DNA of 61,044 nucleotides, the filler included, from Basidiobolus ranarum (taxonomy: Eukaryota), in NCBI GenBank assembly GCA_040143965.1. It is 4 parts of 4 records of this genome, joined end to end, with 100 filler letters (N's around TTAATTAATTAA, not from the genome) between each part and the next. Parts side by side here need not be neighbours in the genome. Positions count along the whole stretch, not along the records: positions 1 to 15,216 come from JASJQH010000388.1; 3 more parts are not named here. The stretch is one strand, 5' to 3'. Of the stretch, positions 1 through 13,262 are shown one piece after another. The translations under genes and the position numbers were made by a program. Below the pieces are notes generated by a model. That model had not been told where the DNA came from, did not search any database, and worked only from the letters and a program-made list of their open reading frames with translations. Each line of letters opens with the position of its first letter. Position 1 is the first letter of the stretch.

Positions 1-239
<239 letters not shown>

Positions 240-668
240 CTCTAAGACGAGAGAACAAGGGAGAAGGAAAGATCTGAATTCAATCTCAAGTTACTTTTGA
301 AGACTCAGAATCCTCCATGTCACATGATCCACCAATTGATTTCTAATGTGCAGTCCAAATTTTTTTCCTTCAAATTCAGATCTCGCACCGATAATTTGGT
401 GATTCATAAGCCTGATCCAGGATTTTACTTTGTAATCAACAGTATCGCAGTAGATTGTTGGTGATCAGAGTGTGATACGAACAACATCCAATTTCTAAGC
501 AAAATGAGCAAATATTGTTTAGACAGGCACAAAGGCACGAAAGGCACAAAAGGCGTGAGATAGGTGTGGATGGAACTCAAGGTTGATTTTATTAATTGCA
601 TTGGTCTATTTTACTATTTATTACTATTCGATACAAAAAAGGTTAGATGCATAGGTTTCTGACTGATT

Positions 669-2759
669 TCAATATCTGGACTTCTTGTTGGTGGGTACTT
701 TGAAGCTCATCTCCATACCACCCATAGCTGTGCGAGATACCCGATTGAAGCCCTTTCCAGAAAGCTCCTTGTTGACTCGGTCACCGAATGATTTTTGGGA
801 AGTTTGGCGTTGACCTCCAGCCTAGAAAAATGGTAAACAGTCAAAAAAAAATATCACCGAGCAAATGGGAACAAATGTACTAACCTTCATCTCATAGAAC
901 TTAGGAGGATGCTTGCGGTCTGCAACACCAGCTCTGATAGATCCAGAGCCAGCAGCTCTTCTCTGAGTAGCAGGCTTAGACTTAGGTTTACTACTCTTAC
1001 GAATTTGAGTACGAAGATCATCATTGTCAGAATCTGATTCTGAAGTGCTCTCATCACTTCCTTTGCCTTCGGGTTCACTTTCCTCTTCATCGTCATCGTC
1101 TTCAACCTCCACAAAGTTCTTGCTTGGATCTTGGCTTCGGACGGGTCTGAGCAATTGAAATTCGGTACTTTCCTCATCCACCTCGTATTCGGGGTTGTTG
1201 AATAAGTCGGTGAAACGGGTATCTTTGAGAGGGTTGAGTTGCTCTGCGGCATGCTCGCCATGCTTCTTCTTCTTCTTATCGTCTTCCTTAAGCAAGCGGG
1301 AGGCCAAAGCTTTATTGACTTTGGGAAGATTCTTCTTAGCACGAATACGACTTTCACGCTCTTTGTCCACTTTATCTTGAACGGCACGAGCGCGGTATTC
1401 TTCGTAGGCAAATGGATTGGCGATAAGTCTGGCTTTCTCGTACAAACGAAGATCCATGAAGAAACCGTGCATGTATGCTCTGAGCACACTAGTTCCGACC
1501 AAGTGATCAAGTCCCAAGGTATGTAACTCCTTGCGAGTGACGAACTTGTAATTCTCATAAACATTTTGTGAAGGATTCTCTTCGAGTTCTTCAGTAAGGT
1601 TATCCAAGAAAGAGGACCATCTAGGGGCAGGTCCCAAAGTAGGAATGTAGTAACTGTGAATTTGAATACCCTCATTGGCTACAAAGAGAAGACCGGAGTC
1701 TGGGACCACACAGACATCGTTGATATCTTGAGTAGGCTCAATAGATGTGAAGTGCTTTCCAGAGTCACGGTTCCAAATCTTAATAATCTTGCTATCGGCA
1801 CTGAGTACTTTTCCTTCTTCGCTCTCACTGTTACCGCCTTCCAACCAATGGAGGGACTTGATAGGGAATCCATACTGATGATCTTTGACCATCCATGGAC
1901 GATTGTTTCTAAGATCGTAGAGTAGAACGTGTCCAGTAGAGGTACCCACGGCCACAGACAAACCGTCACTTCGATATTTCATGCTTGTGATTTCCAATTT
2001 TGAAGAGTCCTCGACGAACATATCAGCAGGAAGCGTAGGAGCAAGCATACCGATTTTGGACCTGGATCTGGGATCCCAGAATTCCACTGTACCATCCTCA
2101 GTACCGAACCCGAACAATTGATGAGCTGGGTTAATTTCAACTACATTGACACCAGTGGAATCAGTCACCAGAGGATTCAAGAATCTACCCTGATCAAGGT
2201 TAAGACGGTAGACTTCGTTTGAAGCACCACCTACGAGTAAATCGCAAGAAGGAAAGTGATAATCCAGATCTCTACCAAACTTGGGAATTCTGGTACTATA
2301 ATGAATTCCACCTTGAGCATGTAACTCGACGGAACGATCATTTTGAAGTAAAGCTGACTTGGTCCAGTCATCAGATAATAAGACAAAATTTACATTTTCA
2401 GCGTCAGTGTGACGTTCAAACTTCATAGACATTTCAGCATACTCGAAAACTCTCATTTGGGGTTTATAGACACCAGTAGCAACTGCATATTTACCATCTC
2501 TAGTAGGTTTTATTTTGATGGAAGCCTCTGGAAACTCAAAATCCTGAATGAGTTCAATACGATGTCTCCATTCTATATCATCACTAGTTAGCTTGAACAC
2601 GAAGAAGAAGGTCTACAAACAAAACTCACACATACCTAGATCGTTTTTAAGGGCTCTACGTTTTCTTCTTGCCAACCAGTCAGGAATTGCTCTTGAGGTA
2701 TTAGTCCCTGATACTTGATATATCTTGACATTATTTGGGTTTGAGATCTGAATCGACAT
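669..2759 (-). CDS. ENP2: Ribosome biogenesis WD40 protein Enp2/NOL10, 3 exons (2759-2636, 2572-885, 821-669)
   Basis: Motifs RIELIQDFEFPEAS, ATGVYKPQMRVFE, TRIPKFGRDL, LGPAPRWSSFLDNLTEELEE and RAYMHGFF, plus a NUC153-like DTRFTDLFNNPEYEVDE. GT-AG introns at 2635-2573 and 884-822 join the frames; TGA at 671-669. Confidence 0.93.
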
Positions 2760-3982
2760 ATGTATGTGTGTACTCTCTTTGCAATTTTTATGTATATATG
2801 TGAAGTTTCGTTTGAAAATAAAAGTATATTCCACACCAAGTGTAATACGATATGCAACGAGAGTCCTTCTCACACTAATTCTTTTTTTTCAGATATCGAT
2901 TTTTTCTTTTTTTTTCAAGTCATTTTGGTCCGATCATTTGGCAGTCACGTTACCTTTTTTTCATCCCATCCACACTCGAGAGATAGAATTTTGCATTCAA
3001 AGGTGACGATTCTTTCCAGTATAAATTTAGTAGTGATGGGATTTCCTACATTGAACAAACTATGCTGTTAGGAAAGTAGAAGACAGAAGTGAATCTGAAT
3101 CCTTATTCCTACTCCAACTCATTCTGCAATATATGCAGCTCATTCTATTCTTGTATAGAAATAGCTGGATATAGTATTTAGGAATAGAATCAGTGTCATG
3201 CAGTAAGTGATGTAGTTCTAGTAAGAAACGTGGATGAATAGGTAGAAGTTCAATCAAATGGAAACCTATTTTGCTGCTTGGGTAATACTTGTCTCAGCTA
3301 GTTGAGCCCAATGCGAAACAGTGAGCAATCAAGATGTTGTATGAAAGCAACGAAATACTCCGACAACGCCAAGAAAGGCATTTATATAGAATACATATAG
3401 TTTGTTGTATAAGGTGTGTTGAGGAGTAAATAGAGTGTGAGTATATGCAGTGTATATTGTATATTATATAGGATGTATAGAATTGTGGATCAATTCATAA
3501 AAGTTGTAGTGGCTAATCGATTCAAATATTCGATTCATACCAAGCAGCTGAACAACTGGTATAGGCGTACAAATGTATATTCCTCAACTAGTACAAGGGA
3601 AACAGCTCTAAATACTTCACTAATATAAAACATATATAAACATTTAATCGGAGATCACAATCAGGTGAGATTTAATTGCTTCGGTATAGTATATGTATAT
3701 ATAAATTGGTTTCCGTTCACTGCTTCTCACATCTATTGGAAATAAAGCAATTCAAGAGAAAAGGAAAATTATTTATATAACAGACAAAGATTTCAAAGGT
3801 AGCAAATTTGAATAGAATGGTTGAAGTGTTTATCCGGAAGTAGAATCGTTATTAAACCGATCCTTGATTATAGGTCAATCCAAAAAAAAGTTATTCCGAA
3901 TTGTATGAATGTTTTTCTTGTACGATCATGATAAAGAAGAATCTAAAGTTAGGCCTCTAATGAATCTGAATAGTCTTACAAA

Positions 3983-6900
3983 TTAATTAGAACTTGGTTG
4001 TGGTCCAGACAGCCGCGGTGATTGATGATGACCATTCGAGTTTTGGGGACCACCAAGAGGTGCTGAGCCAGGTCTATGGTCTTGATTATAGCCCTACAAA
4101 GGTTGGTTCGCTTTTTCAGTATTGTTATGGTACATATGCAAATGTATATAGACTCTTACATCTTTGACGTCAGGGTGTCGGCCCATACTTGCGGCTTTCT
4201 CACTAATACCAACTAATGCTTCTGCTCCATCATAGTCTTCGTCTACTTGGCGAGGTGGAATGCCGCCCATGGCAGGCTTATCGGATCGAGAAGAAATTGG
4301 GGAGTAACTATTAGGCTTATTGAGGTTATTCATTCCATCAGGTCGGGCATGATGAGGGTGTGGACTAGGGCTTTCTTTCATGTTACGGATTTCGGGTGGC
4401 ATGCTAGCCCTTTTGACATCAACATGTCTTCCATCATTGTGAGTAGGGGCAGGTGATGGCGTAAGTGTCCTAATATCTTTGATACCAGTCACGGGGCTAT
4501 TTCTACTATAATAGATAAATACCTTTAGTTTCTTAATGCCTACTGTAAGAATACAAAAAAAAGAAACCTACTTTCTTTCATCAGAGGGCGATATCATGTG
4601 GGATTTATGATCCATCATCATCGGCATTGATGAGGGCGTAGGTATACCAGGCCCAAGCGACCGTCTAGCCATATCAACGTTGTGAGGTGATTCATTGGGG
4701 TGCATTCTGGGCGATCTCTCGACCGATCCGGGAAGGGAGTGAACTTCATTTCTATGATATGGGTTCATCCCATTGCCAGGTCTATTTAGAGGCTCTTGTT
4801 TGACTTTACTAGGGTCCATTTCCATGTCATTTCTCCGGTCTCCAAAAGGTGATCCTCGGAGAGAAGCCTGCATAGGATGAGGGGGATGCATTTCTGAGGG
4901 TGGACGCATTACTGGAGATGGTGCATTAGGGGGTCTTAATGGCATTCGATAGTCTTGCGGAGGAGGGCCTGAGGAGAAACCGTCATTATTGGGAGGCTTC
5001 ATAGGTTGTTGCGGACTCATATAAGGTTGCGATCTTCCATCGGGGCCGTATGATCCTCTCATTCCACTTGCCATTTCAGGTATTCTTTGAGGGTCTTCAC
5101 GAGGTTGGTGGCTAAATGGTGGGGGTGTACGTCTAAAACCAGGAGGTCCTGGTGGCATGTCTCTACCACCCATAGATGATTCATTCGGGCCAGACTTGAT
5201 AGAGTTATTAGTAATAGATTCACAAAAAAATAAGGCACTCAAACTAATACCAGAGGTGGTGGAAGAGGGCCTCCGGGCCTACTTTCCGGTGGTCTCAGAG
5301 GATAGCCTGGCATACTTTGTGGTGGTCCTTGGGAAGCTGAGCCTAAGCTCTATATCAGATGATAATATCATAGACATAAATATGGAGTACTTGAGGAACA
5401 CCAATCAATCAGTTACTTACCTGACCAAATTGAGGTGGAATACCCGCCATAGCTGAAGCTGTACTGTTTTGGTACATGGTAAGATTGACATCTTGTGGAA
5501 CGGGGGCCGAGCTGCTAGGAGGACTAAATGTAGTAAAATATAGAAAACAGTTATTAGACATCTCAAAAGCTGCATAATGTAGTATTTCTAAGACTTTACG
5601 TACCCTCCGGCCTGAGCATTTCTTAATAAGAGCAACCTTTGTTTAATGTGCGGATTATTAGGGTCAAGCTCAGCAGCACGTTGATAGGCGTCAATGGCAT
5701 CGTTGATTTGATTGTTACAAGACTCATATAGGGTTCCCAAGTCATACCAGACTTCACTAATGTAGGGATTCAGTCTAATGGCTCTGCTATAAGCATCTAA
5801 TGCATCTCGATACTGTTGGCAATTGCATGTTAGGATGTATACCGACTATCCGTTCAATACTAGTTAATAGGTAACTAACCTGTTGTATCTGATAGTATAG
5901 AACACCAATGGAGCACCAGAAAGTAGGATTTTTACCGTCCCGGTAGCTAATTTGCAATTGTTAGCTTGACAAAACAACTGAAAACGATGTATCTAATACT
6001 TACACAGCTTGTTGATATGCTTCATATGCCTTACTATATTTTTGTTGAGCCATATAGCATCGACCCAACAAGTACCATGATTGTGCGTCGGCACTGTCTG
6101 TAAAAGAATGCATGATCAGTCGCTATATACTATACAAAGTTGATGCAACTCGACATACCAGCCTCCAGTGATTTTGTCAAATAGCCAATTGCTGTGTCTT
6201 GATTGGCAAATGGAGCATTTGGCTGATGACAAAGCCAACCCAATTGCTGTAAAACTTTAGCATGGTTGGGGTTTTCAGTAAGGACTCTTTCATAAGCTTC
6301 TTTGGCAAGTTGATACTACACGTGAATATTTAGACGATTAGAATTCCCAAAGAGCCCATACTTGTAATGATCTCACTTACCTCTTTTTGCTGCTCGTAAA
6401 CATGGCCAATCTGGAACCATATATCTACCTCGGTGAGAGGGCGAGGAGGAGAGCGAAGAATATATTGAAAACACTACGAAACAAATTTAGAAAATCTTGA
6501 CGCGAAGAGTAAAATAATCCTAACACTTACCTGTAAGCTAAGGTCGTACTTTTGTTGTTGCTTATAAATGATACCAAGTCTAAAATAAATCTCGTTGGCC
6601 TTTTCGAACTTGGGATCCATTCGTAACACGGCAGAAAATGCCTCTTCGGCATGTTCTAATGATTGATAACGATCATATAGTATTCCTATTCCATACCAGA
6701 GCTTGGGCTCCTATGAACAATGAGTTAGCGTCAGATATCAAAACGCTCAGGGAGAATGATTTAGGCAAATATGACTCATTGCTAAACACACCTTGGGATT
6801 AGGAAGATGATAAAGTGCTTGTTGATAGGCAGTATAGGCTTTTTGTAGATCATCCATCATAAGGTAACAATGACCCAATGCTCCCCATATTTCACCATTG

Positions 6901-7299
6901 TTTTGTTCGATATTGAGGATCCTCTGAAAATATTCGACCGCCTTCCTCAAAAAATTAAAAAAAATCTCCTGCAAATGGCATAAGAAAAATACTGACTTTA
7001 GGAAACTGCTCGCGTCCTCTACATAGGGAAGCGATTTGTGTAAGGGCGGGGATGGAATATGGATTGTGTCTTAGAGTAGCCTCATAAGCATTCATTGCGC
7101 GATCAAACTCCTGCATGAGCTCAGCCAACGCGCCTGGTTTATTTTAGGGTGAAGATGGCTCAATACTCAAAACATCCGCTGTGATAAGTTTACACAAAAC
7201 TTAAAACATCAACATACCTAACTGTAACCATGTCTGTTCGTTCATTGACACCAACTTTTGGGAAGGTGTCATTTGTTGGGTGGCCGAGGCTGTTGCCAT
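3983..7299 (-). CDS. SSN6: General transcriptional co-repressor Ssn6/Cyc8 (TPR repeats plus Pro/Met-rich low-complexity tail), about 13 introns; start codon uncertain
   Basis: Spliced exons give NEQTWLQLG, GEIWGALGHCYLMMDDLQKAYTAYQQALYHLPNPK, EPKLWYGIGILYDRY, IYFRLGIIYKQQ, NPTFWCSIGVLYYQ and EVWYDLGTLYESCNNQ. The last exon ends with TAA at 3985-3983. Confidence 0.9.
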
Positions 7300-10000
7300 T
7301 ACGGCTGGAGATGCACCTGAGGTGGACAGTTTGGAAGAAGAGAAAGTGGAAAAAGTACGATTTAAGAAACTATTGTCTTCGTCAATCAGGTCTAAAATGT
7401 TATCAGAATTTCTTTTAGTAAAGATTTCAATAAAAGGATAGGATCATTTGGTGATGGAATTAAAAAGATGGAGTAGTTAACGAATTAAAGAAATCAGAGT
7501 CAAAACACTGACATTACCCGAAGATAAACGGAGTATCCAAGAAAAAAAGGAACAAGCAGGTTAATATAATTTTGGTCCAGAAAAAAGGAGGGTAGGGTAA
7601 GTAACACAATACAATCTTCAAGCTAGAACACGGGAACGCTAAATTTGACAAAAGCTAGAATTGAGGCATCATTACGTGGCTGCTCAATGAAATTGATATA
7701 TTCTTAAAATAAATATCCCCATTCCAACTGATTCATTCTTGTTGCTAGTGATTCAAAATCATTGAACACGAATAAATGAGAGATTGTTTCGGCTCGAAAT
7801 ATTTTGTCATCCAATTTCAATGAATTGTTGTTCTACTTTAAAAGGCACTGTATTTGTTTCGTCAGTACGATAGAACCGAGATCGGCAAAGATTTTCCTTG
7901 ATGGCCAAGTTGTGTTAACGCGTGAAAAAGCCAATATCCACCAGGAAGATTCAGCGCATACTCAACACACTGGTTGGAGTCCTCTCTGAACTGCATTATG
8001 CCTAGATTATGCACACTGTAGAAGCTATGTAGTTAGAGTATAGTATCCGCGCAGGTATCTGTAGCTGTATCCGCACTCGTTTTGCCAACTGGATTGACTC
8101 TTTACACAGCAGTAACACATAATCGTTTTATATACAAACAATATCAGCGCAAGATGACACCTTCCCAAATAGGCACATTACATACTGAACGAAATGGTGA
8201 ATTTGGGTAGAGAATTTTGCATCTGTAATTCACTCAAAGTAGCAATTGAGATTTGTTCAAGGTGAATCAAGTTACCTAATGCCTTTGTATCAAAACTTAC
8301 CTAATGCTTTATATATCAAGAGAGTGACATGATCGGAACATGTATGCTAGTTATCAAATCTCTCAGGTAGAGTCGACCATACGGACTTGTTACAATGTTA
8401 CTAAATCAGATGATGCAACTTTGAAAGGGGAAGGTGATGTGGTGATTATCTTCAGTGCGATTAGCGGTTTTGGGTCTTTTGATTCTGCCTTTGAGTCCGT
8501 TGTTAATGACAAATCCACTTGACTTGGATCCGGACTCTGTAATCGAGGATCCCGTATCGAACCTGGGTAGATCTGCTCTGAATTCAGCATTTGAAGTTGG
8601 ATCCTAATAGTTGAAATATAATCGAGTACCAAGGACAACGTCCAAGTTTACATATATAGACATGGTATATCTCTATCATTTGTACTCAATTTTTAATCAA
8701 CTTGCCCCATTTGATGGCATTTTCCATTTTAGAACCACGCCGATGTTTAGACTGTAGTTCATATGCGTTTTCAGTATATATATAATAAATATAGTCTTCA
8801 TCTGGATGTTTGCAGATAACCTTAATGGTTTTGGGTGGTCGTAGTGACATAAATTAAACAGTGAATCAAGTCATGACATGAGCGTTACAAGCTAACTCAT
8901 TCATAGTTCTCCCTCAACCCAGCAGCTTGGGAATTTAGTCTAAAAATACCTTGAGCAGTGTTCGGTGCTCTTCTGTTTCTTGATCACATTATCTTGTGCT
9001 TTTTGCTGTATCGCACAAAAGGCAACTTGAGTCTTTTTGCCCAACCTTCGTTTTATTTGATACATAATTGAGCTGTTTAACTATATGCCCTTATTTAAAC
9101 CTCTTATTTGCACATTCTTAAAACAACCGAAACCTTTGCGTTGATCAGAACCGTAATCACTCAAACATGTTTGTGTGTCTTAGTTATACAAATTCATGCT
9201 CCACCTAACCCAGCCTGTGCATAATCGTGATCCTCATAAAACCGTAGAGGTAAGAATCAACTCCCAGACGATCGATTAATCGCACAGTGAAAGCGTGATC
9301 AGGACATTCAATGGATTAAGAGAAAAATTCTCCAGAAACCGTCACTATTATTGTTATATAACATGTACTGAATAATGAACGAAAAAAAGAAATGTGACGG
9401 GCCTTCGAACCCCATGTTCCAGCATTTTCGCAATAGCCAATGTGGTCCATGTATTCATTGATAATGGAATACTCTGATCAGAAGAGTCACTACTCATTGG
9501 CTATAGATGGTTTTTTTTTCGGTGGTGCATTACCAAATATTATCAATAAAAGTCAATTCAATTATATACTCAATTGGTGGAGGTGTCAAGTAGTTGGTAC
9601 AAAAAAAAATACTGGAAAAAAAAGAATAAGAAACCGAGGCTTGTAATATATGGTTTGCTGCTTGCCGACGTTGGCGAAATAGAAGTACTGGAAGAAGTTG
9701 CTATACTGTTCTCAATATCCAATAAACTCTTCGTCAAAATCTACTCATATACAAGACAGCCGGTTCGTTCAATATTCTTGTTGTTTAATGAGCCTGGCCT
9801 TTTTTCTTATTTTGTTTATTTCGTAGGTTTATCGCCTCTCATTGCCTTCACTACTTTTTTTGTTGAACAAAAAACATTTTCTTTATTCACTTCATTTTCT
9901 ATCATATAATCTTTATCAGCTAGGTTTGTATTTCAGGCCATTGTTTTCTTTTCCCTTTCATGATATACCAAGGAACTAAAGTGGCTTTATATTTAACAGA

Positions 10001-12307
10001 ATGGCTTCACAAGGAATAGACTCTCGTATCTCAGAACTCAGAGATTTTATAAGCTATTTTGCTCCGGGAAATATTGTAGAGTATGGTTCTTTTATTCATA
10101 AAAAGCAACCCTTCCGCAATTATTTCGAAGAGAGCCGTTTCACAAATCCTTCACGAAACTCTGGATACAGGCCTTATGAGAAAGGCTATGACCGTCGGTA
10201 TGAACCGACTAGAGACAAGGTATCTAAATGGTTATTTGGTATATGACTCTTTGGGTCGTTGTCATAACCTTGTTCTCAATGATATATCATAGAAGCCAAG
10301 ACATCCCTCTTGTTTCAACTCCAGCCGTGAATCCACTCCAGAGGATGCGAGTGATTCTCCTAGGAGTGCGTCCGAGTCAATCAGTAGTCCAGACTCAAAT
10401 CCCAATCCCACTCCTCGAGATACAGATCCTCTCCCATTATCTCCAAATTTAGATGTTGTTAAAATGCAACTTGAGGTATTATGCCTTTTTGTCAGCTACA
10501 TATCCCTAAAAATAGACTAACATTATGTTGAATTACAACAAAGGCCCTATCCCGAATTCCCTCTCCCATTGACGACACACTCCCACCCGCTGACGGTTTC
10601 AAACTCAATCAGGCCGGAATCAACAAAGCTTTTAAAGACATAGTTAGCTTGGAAAAATCACCTAGAGTCCATGTTGGTGGTAAGACAATCCATCCTCATG
10701 TAGGCGGTAAATCCCGAGGTAATTCTCCCCCACGTGGTATGTTGGGCGGGAAAGGGCTACCAATCACTTCACATCAAGTGCGCCCAAGCCAAGGTGGCAA
10801 AGGAACCGTCAGAGCTGTTACTTCTGGAAAGCAAATTCCCTATCATGGACTGCAAATGAGCTTATCTTCCGAAGATGAAAGTGATAGTAGCGTAGGTAGC
10901 GATAGTGATACATCGACTGACTCTTCGGATGAAGAGATATCCGTTGGCACAATCCCACTTGGCGATAAACCTGTGAGTGCTTCCAAAGGTGCATTTAAGT
11001 TGGCTCAAAGCTCCTCTCTTCAGGAAGAGGAAGAAGATACCATTGTTGTTGATGATTTGGATATCGAAACTGAAGGTATGGCTTATCGTTTATTTTTGAT
11101 TCCGATCGCTCGTCCTAACATCTTAATAGAAACTAAGCCTTCAAGCATAACTCAACGTATTGGAGGTGCCAATGCTTATGCCAAGAAACCCGTTGTCCAG
11201 AGTTATCCCAAATCCGAGATTATGTCTGTATCAAATCCTATTCGCCAAGTAGGAAAGTCTAAGCGCAAGATATCGAGTGATATGATAGTTATGGATGATC
11301 AAAGCGTAGCTAGTCATCCAGTTTTATCTACGGCTATGCCGCAAGAATCCTCAAGAAAGAGATTAATTGTGAGCTTGAAGTTACCAACTGTGAAGCAACC
11401 AAGACCCCATAAGAGTCTCATAGTGAAGCTTCAGATTCCGGCGCCTTCAGATTGCATCGACTCGAAGAAGCGGCCCATCTCTTTAGATAAGCGACAATTG
11501 TCAAGTATTAGTTTCAAGAAAGCTCACAGACCCGAGTCAGCGATAAAGCACAACAAACTCAACTCAGTATCGAGTGCTAACGATGTAAAGAGTATGCCAC
11601 TCGATAATAAAACTTCAAGCAGAACACTCTCGCATAAGCAACGAGCTGTTCAAATGAAGTTAGAAGCCGAGAGACTTTTTGAGAAAGGTGATGGTTATCA
11701 AGAGCGTGCCGTTGCAATACAAACGCACAGTCTGTTCCATCAAATCCTATGTTTTTGCGAACTAGAGGTAATACACTCATTACACATATCTTTATACCAT
11801 TCCTTCAACTCATCCAACTTTTCCCTAGCATAACAAGGAAACGTTCGAAGCAGCTTGTGACATAGCCCATGAAATAAGAATGAATGTTGGGGATGTCATT
11901 GAGCAACATGTATCCTGTGGCAACTTGGGAATAGCCGGTTTATTGTAAGTATATTAATCGTTTGTATTACCTTACAACCTGTCAGTCAACTTGGCCCTAA
12001 CCCCTATTTCTTCCAAAGGATGAAAATTGAATCAATTCTCACGTTCCGTATATTGAACCTTCAAAGCAGCCTCATCAAGACGAAGACTGTTGAAATGAAA
12101 TCACAAAACCCCAGGATCAGTACGAATTATTTGAATACTGTCCAGAAGTTTACTGAGGATTTTCAGTCTGTTACAAAGAAGTGGCATGATGCTGAAGCTT
12201 TCCTTTCACGGGATCCAGTGCTCATACCTACCACTCGTGACTCACTCTCCTTGTTTACTTCTCTATCACATATTGTGGAAGTAACAAAAACTGTCGTTCC
12301 TTTGTAG
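10001..12307 (+). CDS. Uncharacterised nuclear protein with AF4/FMR2 (AFF)-like C-terminal domain; 6 predicted exons
   Basis: GT-AG introns at 10220-10292, ~10476-10542, 11076-11129, 11768-11828 and ~11946-12018 join ORFs 10001, 10649 and 12020 into one frame. The N-terminal two-thirds is Ser/acidic and low-complexity; the C-terminus looks helical. Confidence 0.7.
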
Positions 12308-13160
12308 ATATCTCGACCCCTTCTCGACCTCTTCAATTCCTTTGTATACTTGCCATCAACACGAGTTGGTTTTGTTTAGAAGCCTATCATTATTCTTAGT
12401 TTCATTGGCTACTGTACAATCCCATCAATTTTACCAATAGAATACACCTTGAATCTAATTCCAATGTTAATCCAATGTTAGTTGAACTAAAATACCCCTT
12501 CATTGAAGGATAAATCTCACCCACCATGAACCAAAATGCCCCTTCATTGTTGAAGGATAAATCTCAGCCGCAACCTTATACTCTGCATACACATGCCATC
12601 AGGGTCCAATCCTTTTTTAAGGCCACTTTTCACGGTCACCTATTCCAGATCACCATGTGGCTCCTGAGATGTACACCATTCGGTCGCACTCATTGTTCCA
12701 GAAAATTAGGAGCATAGTCGAGAGCTTTCCCTACCTCCTTATTTCCCAAAAGAGACAGATTAATAGAGGAGATTAATCAAATATAAGAAGTGTTCGATGC
12801 TTCTATTCCACGTGCCACGTGATTCGATTTGATACAGATCTGATTATCTATGAAAAATTTTCTATTCCAGATTTTGAAATTTCAGTTTACCAGAAGACTC
12901 TATCCGATCAATCAAGGAATATCGATCAAACCTTTTTACCGTTACCTTCGTGCGTTACCGTGTTTTCTAAGCAATTTAGCCCAACGGTAGTTCATGTTTT
13001 GTAAATTTTGTCTAGTAAACATGGAGCATAAATAAGCTATATATTAAGCAATGTTAAGTCATTTGCTTGATCCCGAGTTGAATTGATCCGAGAAATAAAA
13101 ATGGTTTCTTGTTTTTGATTAGCCTCCCTCTTTACCCTGTTGCTTCATTTCAGCTTGAAG

Positions 13161-13242
13161 GTCAGTAATAACTCTAATACTTGTGTCCACACATCCATCA
13201 TCTAAAGATCATTCAAACATAACTAAATGTCTTCTTTTCTAG
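13161..13242 (+). other. Putative 5'-UTR intron of RPL15
   Basis: AG|GTCAGT donor, ACTAA branch-like site and CTTCTTTTCTAG acceptor 20 nt upstream of the ATG. Confidence 0.6.
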
Positions 13243-13262
13243 TTTGGTAAGTAACATCAAAT

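Noticed and set aside
526-554. Short GGCACAAA-type tandem repeat
   Set aside because: Simple microrepeat with no spacer structure; not CRISPR-like.
8043-8075. Three spaced GTATC(C/T)G motifs
   Set aside because: Too short to distinguish from chance without background statistics.
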